Source: Lama glama (Eukaryota). From it: 64,000 bases of DNA. The notes beneath the pieces are model-generated. The model made no database searches and was not told where the DNA came from. It saw only the letters and a program-made list of their open reading frames with translations. A program made the translations under genes and the position numbers. The stretch covers positions 40,550,001 to 40,614,000 of the forward strand of contig CM052818.1 of the NCBI GenBank assembly GCA_028534125.1, in the 5' to 3' direction. Each line of letters begins with the position of its first letter. Positions within the stretch are counted from its first letter, which is position 1. This document shows, one piece after another, positions 51,270 to 63,590 of the stretch.

Positions 51270-52320
51270 AAGGTCAAATTTTCCTTCTCTTCCCTCTGGG
51301 ATCACAGTCCTCTGATATGTATTTTCCAATATCTATAAACAATTCTTAAAATATTTTGTCCAGTGTTTTAATTGTATATGGCAGGAGTATTATTCCAGAC
51401 CTTAACAGAGTCATAACGTAATTTTGAACACAGACCCTTATTTGAACCACAAAGTGAAAATAGCAAAGGGAACCCTAAGATCACCCCAGATTTCTGTCCA
51501 GATGCATAATCTGGACCACAGTGCAGAGAGGGGGGCTCTAAACACAGCAAGGCTATCTTCCTGAATTGAGGAGACAGAGTTCAGATTAGAGTCCGGGGAA
51601 GATGAAGCAGCTGGAACGTGCAGGAAAGAGTTTAGAAAGGAGTGTGCTGTGGAAAAGAATTCCAGAAATCTGACTGGAGTCTCCTTGAACCTTTGTAGAA
51701 TACCGAGTTGTGCTCGCATGGGACTGCACTGTACACAGCCAGGGAAAGCATGACTGAGGAGCTATAAGCTGAACAATTCCCAAAGAATTAATGCACAAGG
51801 TAAGAAGGAAAGTCCTCTTTGATCAGCTGGGATATTCAGGAGAAACTTTCAATGGTTGTACCTTAGATGAAGAGCTAGGATTCTATTCATTATGAAAATA
51901 TATGTAAAATGCAGGCAAAATAAAGATGTTCAGACAAATCGAACCTGAGAGAATTTGTTTCCAGAAAATCTACACTCCAAAAAATTATTAATGGAAGTTC
52001 TTTAGTTAGAAAGTAAACAAAACTATAAATAATTTTGGGTCTATTAAAGGAAGTGAAAAGTGCCAGAAAAGATAAATATGCATGTAACTAGAAATGAAGA
52101 GTTTTAATTTCTTAAGAGACAAGTGAGTTACAAATATTTCAAATGTACTGTGAAATGGATAATACTTGTAGAGGTAAAATATATGAAAACAAAAGCATAG
52201 GCATGGGGATGGGGAGAAATGAAAATATGATGCTTTCAACTTCTTACATTTCAAATGAATTGATAGAGTATTACTTACAGGTGGAGTCATGGGGATATAC
52301 GTTAAACATGCATATTTATA
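51270..52320. mobile_element. Ancient L1ME-type 5'/ORF1 fragments (short minus piece at about 51270-51415, then plus-strand pieces)
   Basis: gggatcacagtcct...tattttgtccagtgttttaattg; gaattgaggagacagagttcag; gcaaaataaagatgttcagacaaa...ctgagagaatttgtttccag. Confidence 0.65.
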
Positions 52321-52439
52321 TGTATATATGACATTTGTAACTTTGAGGTAGACCTTTCTGTTTTTTAAGACTCCTTTTTAAAAGTGGAAAGATAATCCAT
52401 TAACAGGTTGAAAATTAGATAGATTGATACATACAGACA

Positions 52440-52885
52440 TAAATAGATAGATAATGTCAAATGTACAACATAGAACTTATGCCCAAAATACATAAAAGCA
52501 CTTACAGTTTAATTATAAGATAAACTCTCAACCAAAAAATAGACAAAAGATTTACATTGATACTCCATAAAAAGTATGCACATAACCAATAGATACCAAA
52601 AACATGATTAACATTAGTCATTAAAGGACTGTAAACCACAATGACATGCCTTTATGCCCCATGTGAATGCTAAAATTAAAAGAACTAACTGTACCAGTGT
52701 TGACAAAGATGTGGAGAAATTGGAACTTTTATACACTGCTTGTGGCAATGTTGACTGCTACAACCATATTGGAAAACAATGGAAATTTTCTTATAATGTA
52801 AAACATAACATTTAGCCTAACGCCCAGTCATTCCATTCCCAGGTGTTTACCCAAGACAAATGAAAAACTGTGTCCACACAAGATC
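52440..52885 (+). mobile_element. Old L1 (L1ME-like) ORF2 C-terminal fragment
   Basis: cattagtcatta...taaaccacaatga...ccagtgttgacaaagatgtggagaaattggaact...ccattcccaggtgtttacccaaga...tgtccacacaaga. Confidence 0.85.
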
Positions 52886-53908
52886 TTTTATTTTGTATTT
52901 TCAATTGAACTGTAATTGACCTACAACACTATGCTGGTGCCAGGAGAATAATATTTGTATACATTATAAAATTATCACCATAATAAGTCTAGTTACCATC
53001 TGTCACCAAAGAGACCTACGATACAATTGACTGTATTCCCCTGTGCTGTACATTTCATCCCCATGACTCACTTATTGTGTAACTGGAAGATCGTATCTCT
53101 TAATCTCCTCACCTATTTCACCCATTCCCTCACTTTCCCCTTTGGCAACCACCTGTTTGTATATATGAGTCAGTTTCTGTTTGGTTATGTTTGTTCATTT
53201 GTTTTGTTTTTTGGATTCCACATGTAAATAAAAACATACATTATTTTTGACAGTTCCTTTGCTGTGCAAAATCTTTTCAGTTTGACGTAGTCCCACCTGT
53301 TTCTTTTCACTTTTGTTTCCCTTGCCTGAGGGTGCATATTACTAAGATCAATGTCAAAGGACATTGTGCCCATGTTTTCTTCTAGAAGTTTGGTAGTTTC
53401 AGGTCTTATATTGAAGTCCTTAATCCATTTTGATTTTGTTTCTGTATGCAGTGTGAGAAATGGCCCAGTTTGTTCCTTTTGCATGTAGCTTTCCTGTTTT
53501 CCCAACACTATTTATTGAAGAGGCTATCTTTTCCCCATTGTATAGTCTTGCCTCCTTTGTCATAGATTAATTGACCATGTAAGTGTAGGTTTATTCCTGG
53601 GCTCTTTTGATTTTGATTACTCTTTTGATTACCATAGTTTTGTAGTATGGATTGAAATAAGGAAGAGTGATACCTCCAGCTTTGTTCTTTCTCAAGATTA
53701 TTTTGGCTATTTGGGGTCTTTTGTGTTTCCATACAAATTTAAGAATTGTTTGTTCTAGTTCTATGAAAAAAATCCATTGGTATTTTGACAGGGAATGCAT
53801 TGAATCTGTAGATTGCCTTTGGTAATGTCATTTTGACAATATTAACCTTTCCAGTCTGCAAACATGGTATACCTTTTCATTTGCTTGTGTCACTTCCATT
53901 TCTTTCAT
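52886..53908 (-). mobile_element. LINE-1 (3' UTR joined to an ORF2 segment across an internal deletion near 53240)
   Basis: 3' UTR aagtctagttaccatctgtcacc...; minus ORFs contain [63 protein letters not shown]. Confidence 0.92.
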
Positions 53909-56823
53909 TAGATTTCCCTTTGCAAGCTTATGTCATGATCCTTGAATTCTGACAGTCACAGAGACCTGATCCAAGAGAAATTTTATAGGAAGGATCTGCC
54001 TCCTTACTCCTGACAGATGGCATTTAAGGATGCCCACTGCCCTTGGCCCTGGACAGGGTTCTTTAGATCTTAGTTCACATCATCCCACTCTTCCTCACAT
54101 TTAAGGAAAAAGAAAAGAATATTAAGTGTGGATAGTGGTTTCTATCTTACTCATTTGGTGCAATTTTTAGTGAGTTAACCACAAAGGAAAAAAAAAGTAA
54201 AATAAGGAAACCTATATTTCCCTATGAAATATGTTCTCTTTCAAAAGCTTTGATAACTTTTTCATCCAAGCAGTATCTTGATAGACACAGACACTTATTT
54301 CCAGAAAATATATTTGTACCTTCAAATTTTAATATAGGCAGTGTAGTATGTAAACGAGCTGGATTTAAACCTAAGAATATGCTTATACTTTATAGTTTGA
54401 CAGTGTACCTTTATATTCATTTATTTAATTTTCAAAACAATTATATAAGCTGCTTTTATAAGGTTGCCAATGAGGAGAGAATACTTGAAAACTTGCCTAA
54501 AACTTGGAAGATTTGCCCGAGATCTCACTGCTCTTAGAAGCATCACCAGAACCAGCCTTGTTCTGTCACCTCCTAGTCCACCTCATCTCCCTTACCACCC
54601 TGTGTAAAATTGCAGTGTGAGGAATAAGGTAAGGGACTTTCTTGCCCAAGTGTTAATACAGCTCATCTGAATCGGTACATGTTCTCCTGTGGGAAGAACT
54701 TCAGTATTTCTCTAAACTTGGAAACTTTTATAAGGGTAAGAAACTCAAGAAGTAATGAACTATAAGACTCACTTCACACTAAAAATGATTTCTGACACCA
54801 TCTAGCATTTCTGTCGTATTTCTCAATGTGTCCTGAGAGGTGACCAGCATATAAGTTAGTGGATATTTGTTTCTTAGGGAAGTTTGGTAGCAGCCAAGAA
54901 AATTGAGTCCAAGTGAAAGTTCTTCTATTCATTATTCATAAATTCAAATGGCATCTTTTATGGTCGGCAGCACATGAAACTCATTTTAGCCTCTTTTTAA
55001 AAATTTTTGTTTTTCATTATTATTTCCCCAAAGAAGTCAGTAAGTTTGAAGTTAGCAGATGGACAATAGCTTAGCTAATGACTACCTGATCTGAGAACTA
55101 AAATCTTCCTCCCATCCTATGGAATTATTTCACTTGAAGTTGAAATGGATTGAACTGTTGCAGACCCTCTGAGCTATTCTGGAGATCCCACATTTTCCCA
55201 ATCTTTCAGTATAAAAATGGACTGCAGCCTGCAAACTGCAGCACTTTTAAAGTAATTGAGGGGGAAGGGGAGGATCCTACACAGATGACAGTTTCATACT
55301 GGTGAATGTGACAGGTGCATGCTCATTAATATCATTAATGCTCAGCACCTGACTCTTATAGAAATAGCACTCTTAGCAAACTCATACCTACCACTGACTT
55401 CTTCCAACCCTTTGTAAAGACTTTGAAAATGCTCAAATTTCTGAAAACCCCCAAAACAAGGGGTGTTTGGAGATAAGACTTCCTTAAGCATATTAGTATT
55501 GCAGTGGCCTGTTAGGATCCTTGCCTCGCACCCTTGGAATTTGAAACTAATTGTTCTACACTTCAGCCTGACCTGGATTCTGGGATCAATACTGGAGGTA
55601 GGCAGGGAAGGGATACAGAGTCAGGAAAGTGCAATTGTATTTGCTACGCAGTACTAGCTGGAAGCAGTTCATTTGTTCAGCTTTTTTGACCATCTTCTTT
55701 ATTTTGCTCCAAATCAGTGCATGTAAGGGCTGGACTTCGGCCTTGACCTTCACGTTCCTTCATGATTAAAATTCTGTCCTGAACTCCAGTTCCTTTCAAA
55801 GCTATTCTTCGCCTTATCCACCAACTCTCTCTCTCCCTGCACAACACAGTTTTATGACTATATCTTTTATATCAGTAAACATCCAGTACAATCTCTGCAA
55901 ACGTTCTAACTAGTGATTTTTTTTTTTTACTTTGTCTAGGGTCCTGCCTCTCTTTTTCACACTATGAGCATCACTTAGTTTGAGATGAAACTTCAAATTA
56001 ATGTCCCTCCATGGCTGAATGTAGACAAAATAGCCTCAGAGACACAGCTTTTCTCTTCTTCTAGGGCTCTTCACATGTCAGCAAAGATTCAGGTGAAAAT
56101 TCTGGGCTGAATTTTAGGTGAGATATTTAAAGGAGGAACATTGGAAAGTAGCACCAAGATCTGCGTTTAGAGCCTCCAATGATCCTAATCTCAACCGAGT
56201 GGTCCTTCCCATTCAACTAGGGACATGGTTAGGAAATGAGTAACTGTGTGGTCCCGCCTTTTCCCAAATAAATCACTTATTGCCATGAAGTATTTCTTCT
56301 GTCCAGTATTAGCTAAACTAGGTACACAACATATCATTTCCATCCTTGACCCCTTTCAATCAACTGTAACAATTAATTTCATAAATTGTATCAGGGCCTC
56401 TGATGCCAGTTTCTTCTAAGAAGAAGTTTCTTTCCCCTTTTTTTCCCTCCTAGAGTTTTAGTGTCCCAAAGAACTCCATAAACCAAAAGCATGGGGAAAA
56501 AAATCCCCCTTGAGTATGACAGGGATATAAATCCCCTTAATGGAAATACACCTTTAACTTGGAATATTCAACTTGGAATGTTCAGTCAACTCAGACTCTC
56601 CACTGTGAAATGTACTGGACTTAGACCTTATTTGATACCAGTTTGCTGCATGAACTGGTGTCATAAACCCTTCAGGGAGCTGCTCTTCTCATCCTGGGCA
56701 CAGTCAGTCACCCTGGGCCCCTTTCCTTCCTGAGAGGGGTGGATTTTTCTTTTATTTCATGTTATTCTATTGACCGAGGAAACATCAAAGCAGGATGTGT
56801 TCTTGGAACTCTTCAAACATGAA

Positions 56824-56915
56824 CCCTCTTTTCATAGATGAGGAAACCGAGAGGAGGAAAAGTGACAGTTCAAAAGTCACCCAGCTGCCACACAGATTGC
56901 TCAACTCCTGACTCA
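56824..56915 (-). mobile_element. MIR fragment
   Basis: ttttcatagatgaggaaaccgag...aaagtcacccagct. Confidence 0.75.
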
Positions 56916-56929
56916 TTAAGCCATTTTGT

Positions 56930-57028
56930 AATTCAATTCAGTAAGTTACTGAATTTCTCCTGGGTGCCAGGCACCACACTGGGTTCTGTGAACACAGAAC
57001 CCACAGTCCCTGCCCTGTGGGAGCTGGT
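56930..57028 (-). mobile_element. L2 3' end
   Basis: attcaattcagtaagttactgaatttctcctgggtgccaggcac...cagtccctgccctgtgggagct. Confidence 0.75.
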
Positions 57029-57379
57029 GCACCCCACTGCCTCCTCCCTAAAGCTCAGGTGCAGATAGCCACCATTTAGCACATTGGTCTTCACTCAGAT
57101 GTCAGACTACACTTTTTAAGGACGCTTCTGGAGGCTTTCCATTTTGTCAGCCTCAGAGGACAATTTCATTGGACTAAAATGTGAATGCCTGTTTACTAAG
57201 CTAGTCAGTTGAGACCCTGAGCAAGAGAATAAGGCAGCACATCTGACTGCCCGCATCTGCCTTGCTCTCCCAGCGGCCCTGCCGTCGGTGGGTAGGATTT
57301 GCACTGGAGCATCTGCCAAACCCAGATGCAGAAAACTCTCCTTCCTTCCTCTTAGCTCCTGTGGTGTCTTGTGCTGCCT

Positions 57380-57495
57380 GGCTATGTGCTTCTGTCTCCT
57401 CATTAGACTTGAGCTTCTTGAGGGCGGTAACTATGAACTCCATAGTGCTTAACATGGCACCAGGCTCATAGGAGGCTCATAACAAATGATTTTCA
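57380..57495 (+). mobile_element. L2 3' end
   Basis: tctgtctcctcattagacttgagcttcttgagggc...gtgcttaacatggcaccaggctcataggaggctca. Confidence 0.75.
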
Positions 57496-59074
57496 AATCC
57501 GTTAATAATATTCATGTATTTAACTGCTATGGAGACAAGAGCTAATGAAAAGGATTTAGAGACTGTGAGTCCACATCCTTGTAGCCCCTCTGAAGGTGCT
57601 CTGTACCCTGTCACTTCTCAGTCCCTAGAGTCACCACATGCAGAGCAGGCACCCTTTGGCGAGAAGGGCAAGGGGTCCCTCGCTGGGGCTCTCTGCTACT
57701 CTGGGTCTGGAGCGCCCAAGAGCAGCTGCTTCACTGTGTCTGTGGAATCCAAAGCTGTGTGCAGGGACCGAGAGCGAAGCAGATGAAGTAACACAGCACA
57801 GAAAGGTTAACACATTCTGTCAGCTCCTGCTTCACATTCCCAGCTGAAAAAGTAAAAACAATAGCAAGTTTTCTGAGCATAAAAGAATTTTCTACTCCAA
57901 CTCCCCAAAAAAGAAAAGTGCCTCACAAACAGCATCTTCACCTGGACATCAAATTGCTCTGCTGGCAGCATTTTTAATCAAAAAATCTGAAGATGAAAGA
58001 TGAGTGGAATTTACAAAGAAATGCCCAGAGAAAACAAATGAAGACATTCACTGTGTCTCTGTGGGTGAAGAGTCAGCTGAGACTCACGTTTCTGCTCTGG
58101 AAGCATTCAGCTCCATCAGTGGACCAACTACTCTGAGTCCATGGATACAATGACCCGAGCAGCTCCACGCTTCTTTGGGACAGGTACTGTCACCAAGAGG
58201 ATTCCAACTGTGTAGACTGGTCAGTCTCCACTGGGGCCCCCAAAGAACAGGAAAAGATGGTGAAGGACAAAAGGAGATGGTGACCAAGAAGGGATGGGTC
58301 TTGCAGAGCCACCCCAGTGTCCTTGGGTGCCTTTAATACCATGGAGAATCATACAAGCCCAGTGATAACCAAGTTAAATCACTATTTAGGAACTTGGTAT
58401 GAGTCAGTCTTGGCTTCCTGCATCCCTGCTTGTCATGAGAAAATCCTGAGGAGGAAGAAGAATTTTATTTACTAGAAAACTTTGGCTTTGAGGGCTGTAG
58501 ACATATGCTGCCAGGAAGGATAAAGAAAGGAAGTGAAGGAGGAAGGAGAAGAGATTCTGTGACTTCTTGAGTCAGTATTACTGCCCAAGCCTGTGATCTC
58601 TGAGACAACAGCATGTATTGGATGTAAGGGTCAAAATAAGAGGAACCTGTGTTTTGCTTCTGCTCACATTTTCCCCCAGAGCTCTTTGTAAACTTTCTAA
58701 AACTCTGATCTGAAAATCACGGCATCCTAGTAGGGTGGATGCAACTCCTAGCACACCACAGGTTCTTAACACCCAGTGGTTGATCTATGTATGGCTTGAT
58801 TGGTTTTACTAATCCTAATGCAAATTGGGGCAGAAGTTTTCCCCAAGTCCCATCAAACAAGCTCACCTCTTCTGGCTCCCTGATTATGGAGATATCAAAA
58901 TATCAAGAGTTTTAACCGAGTTAGAAAAAAACCCCACACAGTGCCTTGTAGAGATTAAACGTCACAAGCAGCCATTCTAGGAAGAAGACGATGCATTCTA
59001 CAGAAAGTTACACTGGCCCTTGCCGGCTCCCCATGGCTGGCCTGAGTGCACTCACAAAAGGAACAGGAAGCCAG

Positions 59075-59930
59075 CAAAACACCAGAGACAAGAAACTGAG
59101 TAACATACACTCCTGCCCCGAGGAGCTCACAATCTGATACAGGAAGTGACGGATAAAGTAGACATGCAACAAATAACCCCCAGAGAAACCAGTAAGAACC
59201 ACATGGAGGCGAGCATGGGTGTTGTGAGATGCCGGTGTATTGGCTGAATAAGTCTGCGTGTGGTGTTGAGATGGAGTGATAGGAAGTGCTCTAGAAGGAT
59301 GGTAGCCTTTGAGTGAGAACTTGAAATTTTTGTTGAAGTTCGTCAGTAAGGGAAGACATGGAAAGGCATCTGTATCAGACTTCCAGCAGGAAGCAGATGA
59401 CACACTCAAAATGGGATACTTTCAGGAGAGGTTATTTCAAAGGGGCTTTTTCTGAAGGGATAGGAGAGAGAAACCACAGTAACCCAGGGGAGAGTGAGGT
59501 AACTCAGGGCCAGTAGGGGAGCAATTGTGTAATTACCAAAGCCCAGAAGAAGACAGCCATGCACTGTTGGACATCTCGAAAGGAACAGTGACCACTGGTC
59601 GAGGGACACAGCCAGCCAGAGGTGCCATTGCAGGACAGGAGCTGGAAATACAGTCTGGCCTCACTCTCCTCCCTCTAATCTCCTGCAGGGGGGATGACCT
59701 CACTCGCCAAACCTATCAGGAAGCCAAATGGCAAGGAATCTCATTCGTGTAGTTCATGTAGGCTGGAGAAGATGAGAGAGTAGGCCTGGAGGGGCAACAG
59801 AAAGTGTGTACTGAGATTGGAACTAGAGTCACAATATGAACAAAGACCTGATGTAGGAATGCGATGACCTGTTCAGGGAAGAATGGGAAGCTGAGCGTGC
59901 CCATAACCCATAGAAACAGCAGTGAGAGAT
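59075..59930 (-). mobile_element. L2 LINE interrupted by an LTR
   Basis: ctcctgccccgaggagctcacaatctg...ggaaaggcatc, then after the LTR tgaacaaagacctgatgtaggaa...tgttcagggaa. Confidence 0.65.
59371..59816 (-). mobile_element. ERVL LTR (LTR41-like) nested in L2
   Basis: tgtatcag...caggaagcagatgacacactcaaa...cctcactctcctccctctaatctcctgc...ggaagccaaatggcaagg...ctggaggggcaa. Confidence 0.7.
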
Positions 59931-60734
59931 GAGAAACCCTCCCTCCTGAGCCTGGGACTTGCAGTTAGAGGAGCCCCGGGAAGGTAATATGTCATCAGCA
60001 GGCCCTAGCTCTAAGACCCTTCTCCTTGATGCTCACCACCCACTGTGAGCCCTGCCACAGTTGAGGTCCTCCCTCCCCTCATACCCTCACCCCTCACACT
60101 CTCCCACCTTGGCCCCTTCTCATGCTTGGAGATGTACAGTAGAGGCCAGTGGAGAGAACCGGGTGGGGTGTGAATTTTGGTGTATATTTCATGAACCTGC
60201 TCCCCACAGCCTGGGTTGAGAGCATCAGCAGGGCTAACCCAGGCCTGGAAACGTCATTAATAACAATAATAATGTCACCAGGCCTTGCTGTGTCTCATCC
60301 CTTATCCGGAGCCTCTATGCTAAACTGGAACCACTAGGTCTGAATTTTAACTCAGCCATGGCTCAGAATCTGTCCTGACAGCAAAACGTGGAATTTATTC
60401 TGTGCTTGGGTTCTTTCTCTGTACCTCCTGTTGCGGGCTCTTCCTAGCTCTTGAGATGGCCTTGTTCAGGAATCTACTTCGTGACACCACAAATCAGAGA
60501 GTGAGACCCAATAGAGAGGCTATCTGGAGACAGAATGCACAGATAATGAAAGTGTATTGTAGATTCTATCATATGCGCTGCCCAGTTCTAAACACCAAAC
60601 TGCTATTTATTTTGCACTTCAGTTCAAGTAGCTCTTTGCAGAATTCTTTTCCAATTCGTGAGTCTAAATTAATTATCCTTTATACAATCTCTAATAGAGC
60701 CAGTTTCCTTTCTTTCAGAGTGCTTACCATGTGC

Positions 60735-60842
60735 TGTCATCCAGGTTACATACTGCCCAGCTTCATAGAACACCATCCATATGGACTACATTGTGAATGG
60801 CTCCCCCTGGAATTGTGCAGTGCACAACCTGCGCAGCCATAG
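60735..60842. mobile_element. MER91-like hAT-Tip100 MITE fragment
   Basis: gactacattgtgaatggctccccctggaattgtgcagtgcacaacctgcgcagcc. Confidence 0.7.
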
Positions 60843-60869
60843 ATTAATTGATTAGTTATTTAATTAATC

Positions 60870-61160
60870 TCTATCTTCTCATTAGTCTGTAAACTCGAGG
60901 ATGATGGCTCGCAGGACCCAGGACCCAGTGTCTGGCACTTAGCAGGTATTCAATTAATATTAATTAAATTCGATGAAAGCTTAATAAATATTTAGTAAAC
61001 CCTCTGAAACAGAAACTTTACAGATTAGAAGCTAAAATTCAGTGGGTTTAAGTGCCCTGCCCACGTTCACTTGAGAGTTAGTAAAGACTTAATAAGTGAT
61101 GGAGTCAGAACTGAAGTTCAAAACTGTACCGCACATGTGTTTTTCATTGTTCCATTCAGT
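60870..61160. mobile_element. L2 3' end (+) followed by a MIR fragment (-)
   Basis: cattagtctgtaaactc...cagtgtctggcacttagcaggtattcaa; tttacagattagaagc...ggtttaagtgccctgccca...aagtgatggagtcagaa. Confidence 0.6.
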
Positions 61161-62914
61161 CTTCAAAATATCGTAAAATGATATATTTTGAAATCTAACT
61201 GGAGGAAAATGGACATCAGTAAATATGAGGTCAAGGGAGACTGATGCCTTTATTGACCTCTCCCGAGCACCAGCTTAGCAGGAGCCTCCTGGGTAGTTGG
61301 TAAGATCCTTGCCAACCACAGCATCCCATCAATAAAGAAGGAACAGGCAGGTACTGAGAGGAATAAATCAGAGTCCATGTAGACCAGTGATTTACAATCT
61401 GGCAACAGTCTCTTGCCTGCCTCCCTCACCATTTTCCCACCACGACCCCGCCGGGGGAACCACCAGCCTGGAGCCCTCCATCCTCCCACCGTTCTGAGCC
61501 TGGTGCCTCTGTGAGAGCGCTGGGGCTGCCTGCCTTCCTGCCTTTCTCTGAAGCGAGGAGATATTGGAGGGTCCTTTCTCCCTCCTAATCACAGAATTTC
61601 CCAGAAGCTCAGTTAGTTTATGGCCTGCCCAGGACATCCTTCACAAGCCCCACTTTCCTCCATGGCCCTGAGTCAGGAGATTAAGACTTGTAGCCACCAT
61701 AAAGTTGATATACACGATGTCAAAACATTTTCGTTTGTTTCTGGGTTTTGACTAATGAAGAAAAAAGGAACAATTGTATGCTAAGAATTTATGGCTTGCT
61801 TTTATCAACCTCTGCAAAAGACAGTGTGCTTTTCTGAGTGGCCAGCTACAGGCCTTTTTCTCATTATGTGCACTTGTTCTGGCAGGGTTTTATTTATTTG
61901 TTTATTTGCTATATAAATATTTAAACATATATATGTTTAAACAGGTTCTCCTTCCACAGCAGGCAGGTACAAGTCGGGGAAGACCACGAGCACCTGGATG
62001 GCGAGTGCCTCCTGGAGCACCTCCTCTCCCTCCCTGCCTTTTGCAATCCTTCTTCTGAAATGAGCCTTGAGCCTCAATGTAATAAGTCTCCTAGTGTGTT
62101 CCATGGGGACACAAAGCTGGTTTGCATCCATCAATCCCTGAGCAAGTCCATTCCTAAGAAGCCATTGCAAAATCCATTTTTCATTGTAATAATAATGATG
62201 GTCGACATTTTCTGATTTTTACACATGCCTTTATCAAAGCCTTCTGTGTAAGTATTCACTGGTACAGAATTCCTTACATATTCGGTCCCCTGTGCAGAGC
62301 AGGCCACTTTCTACCTACATAGGCCAGGCATGTCTGTGCCTTAAGGAACACTGGCATCACATACTTGGTTCATACAACTTTTGAAAGAAATTCCTTGTTT
62401 AATGTTTAGACTTTTTAAATTCTAATAAGTTTTTAGGGATAGAGTCATTCTGGCCCAGATCTTATGTGGTAAAATACAGTGTGACAAATTCAATGAGAGA
62501 ATATATATGTGCATGACAGAGGTTCTAGGAGTAATCAAGGTCTTGCTAGATGAATAGTACATGCGTGTGATCGAGAGAATGATAGCATTAGGTTCTTTAA
62601 AGAGAAAGCACTCTGCCTAGACTGACTCACCCAGCTTATACCAAAATATCTAGATCCTGATAGAGAAACCAGAAAAGTATACGAATATATAATTCATTCT
62701 TGAGAAAGTACCAATGAAGACAAGCATGGGCAATGTTTGACAGCTAATTACCAGAGAAATGTAGATTTCAAATATTACTTGGCACTTAATGTAAATATGA
62801 GATCCAGTGTTAGTGATACTGTGTTGTCATTCTTTAAAACTCTCTTTAAAACGTATTTGACTTAATATAAAGAGATAGGTGAGAATCATGAGTTGAGTCT
62901 GGTGAAAGAAATGG

Positions 62915-63289
62915 TGTATTAATTTTCTCAGGCTACCATAGCAAAGTACCACAGACGGGATGGCTCAGACAGCAGAGACTTATTTTCTCACCGTCTGGAA
63001 GTTGGAAGTCCAAGATCAGGGCGTAGGCAGGTTTGGTGTCTCCTGAGTGTTCCCTCCTTGGCTTGCAGATGGCCACCCTCTCGCTGCTTCTTCCCGTGGT
63101 GGTCCCTCCATGTTTTTACATCCTTGTTATCTCTTCCTGTTCTTATAAGGACGCCACTAATATTGGATTAGGATCCACCTTAATAATCCCATTTTAACTT
63201 AATCACCTCTTCAATAGCCTGTATCCAAATACTGTTCCATTCTGAAGTACTGGGGGTTAAGTAAGGGGGACCCAATCTCTATCATAACA
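62915..63289 (-). mobile_element. MLT1A/B-type MaLR solo LTR
   Basis: tgtatta...aaagtaccacagac...ggaagtccaagatcagg...ggcttgcagatggcc...cttataaggac...ttaacttaatcacctc...ataaca; TG..CA ends; flanks aatgg/gatga (3/5). Confidence 0.92.
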
Positions 63290-63571
63290 GATGAGCTACT
63301 CTGTCTTTAAAATTCTAACTACTTAAAATCTAACCTCAGGGAATGTTTTAAACATACACATTAATGTATACAATGAGAAATTGTTTTCAGTCATTGTAAA
63401 AGTTGAAATAACTGGTAAATAAATTGTCTTAGATCCACTTTATAGTACTTTCTGGTCATTAAAATTATAGAAGTGAGACTATATGAAAATTAAGTACGTG
63501 AGTGAAAATTCTATGATTTTCACAATACCGGTGGGTCTCACTAACGAAGGGTAATTATGGGATTCATTGAG

Positions 63572-63590
63572 CCGCCACTAGAGGGCGTGC
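63572..63590 (+). promoter_or_regulatory. CTCF binding motif
   Basis: CCGCCACTAGAGGGCGTGC; core CCACTAGAGGGCG fits CCASYAGRKGGCR with no mismatch; CpGs retained locally; outside recognisable repeats. Confidence 0.7.

Noticed and set aside
45801..53800. ORFs with real protein similarity (45801, 49538, 53185, 53508, 53591; also 15448)
   Set aside because: Fragments of dead LINE-1 ORF2, not host genes.
2140..58825. Several octamer motifs (2140, 5381, 40963, 58818)
   Set aside because: About this many are expected by chance in AT-rich DNA of this length; no Ig-V or snRNA promoter context.
6650..63289. Strand bias of retroelements as evidence for a host gene direction
   Set aside because: Young L1 tails are all minus, but older L1s are mostly plus and LTRs are mixed; too few events, and contig orientation across the gap is uncertain.
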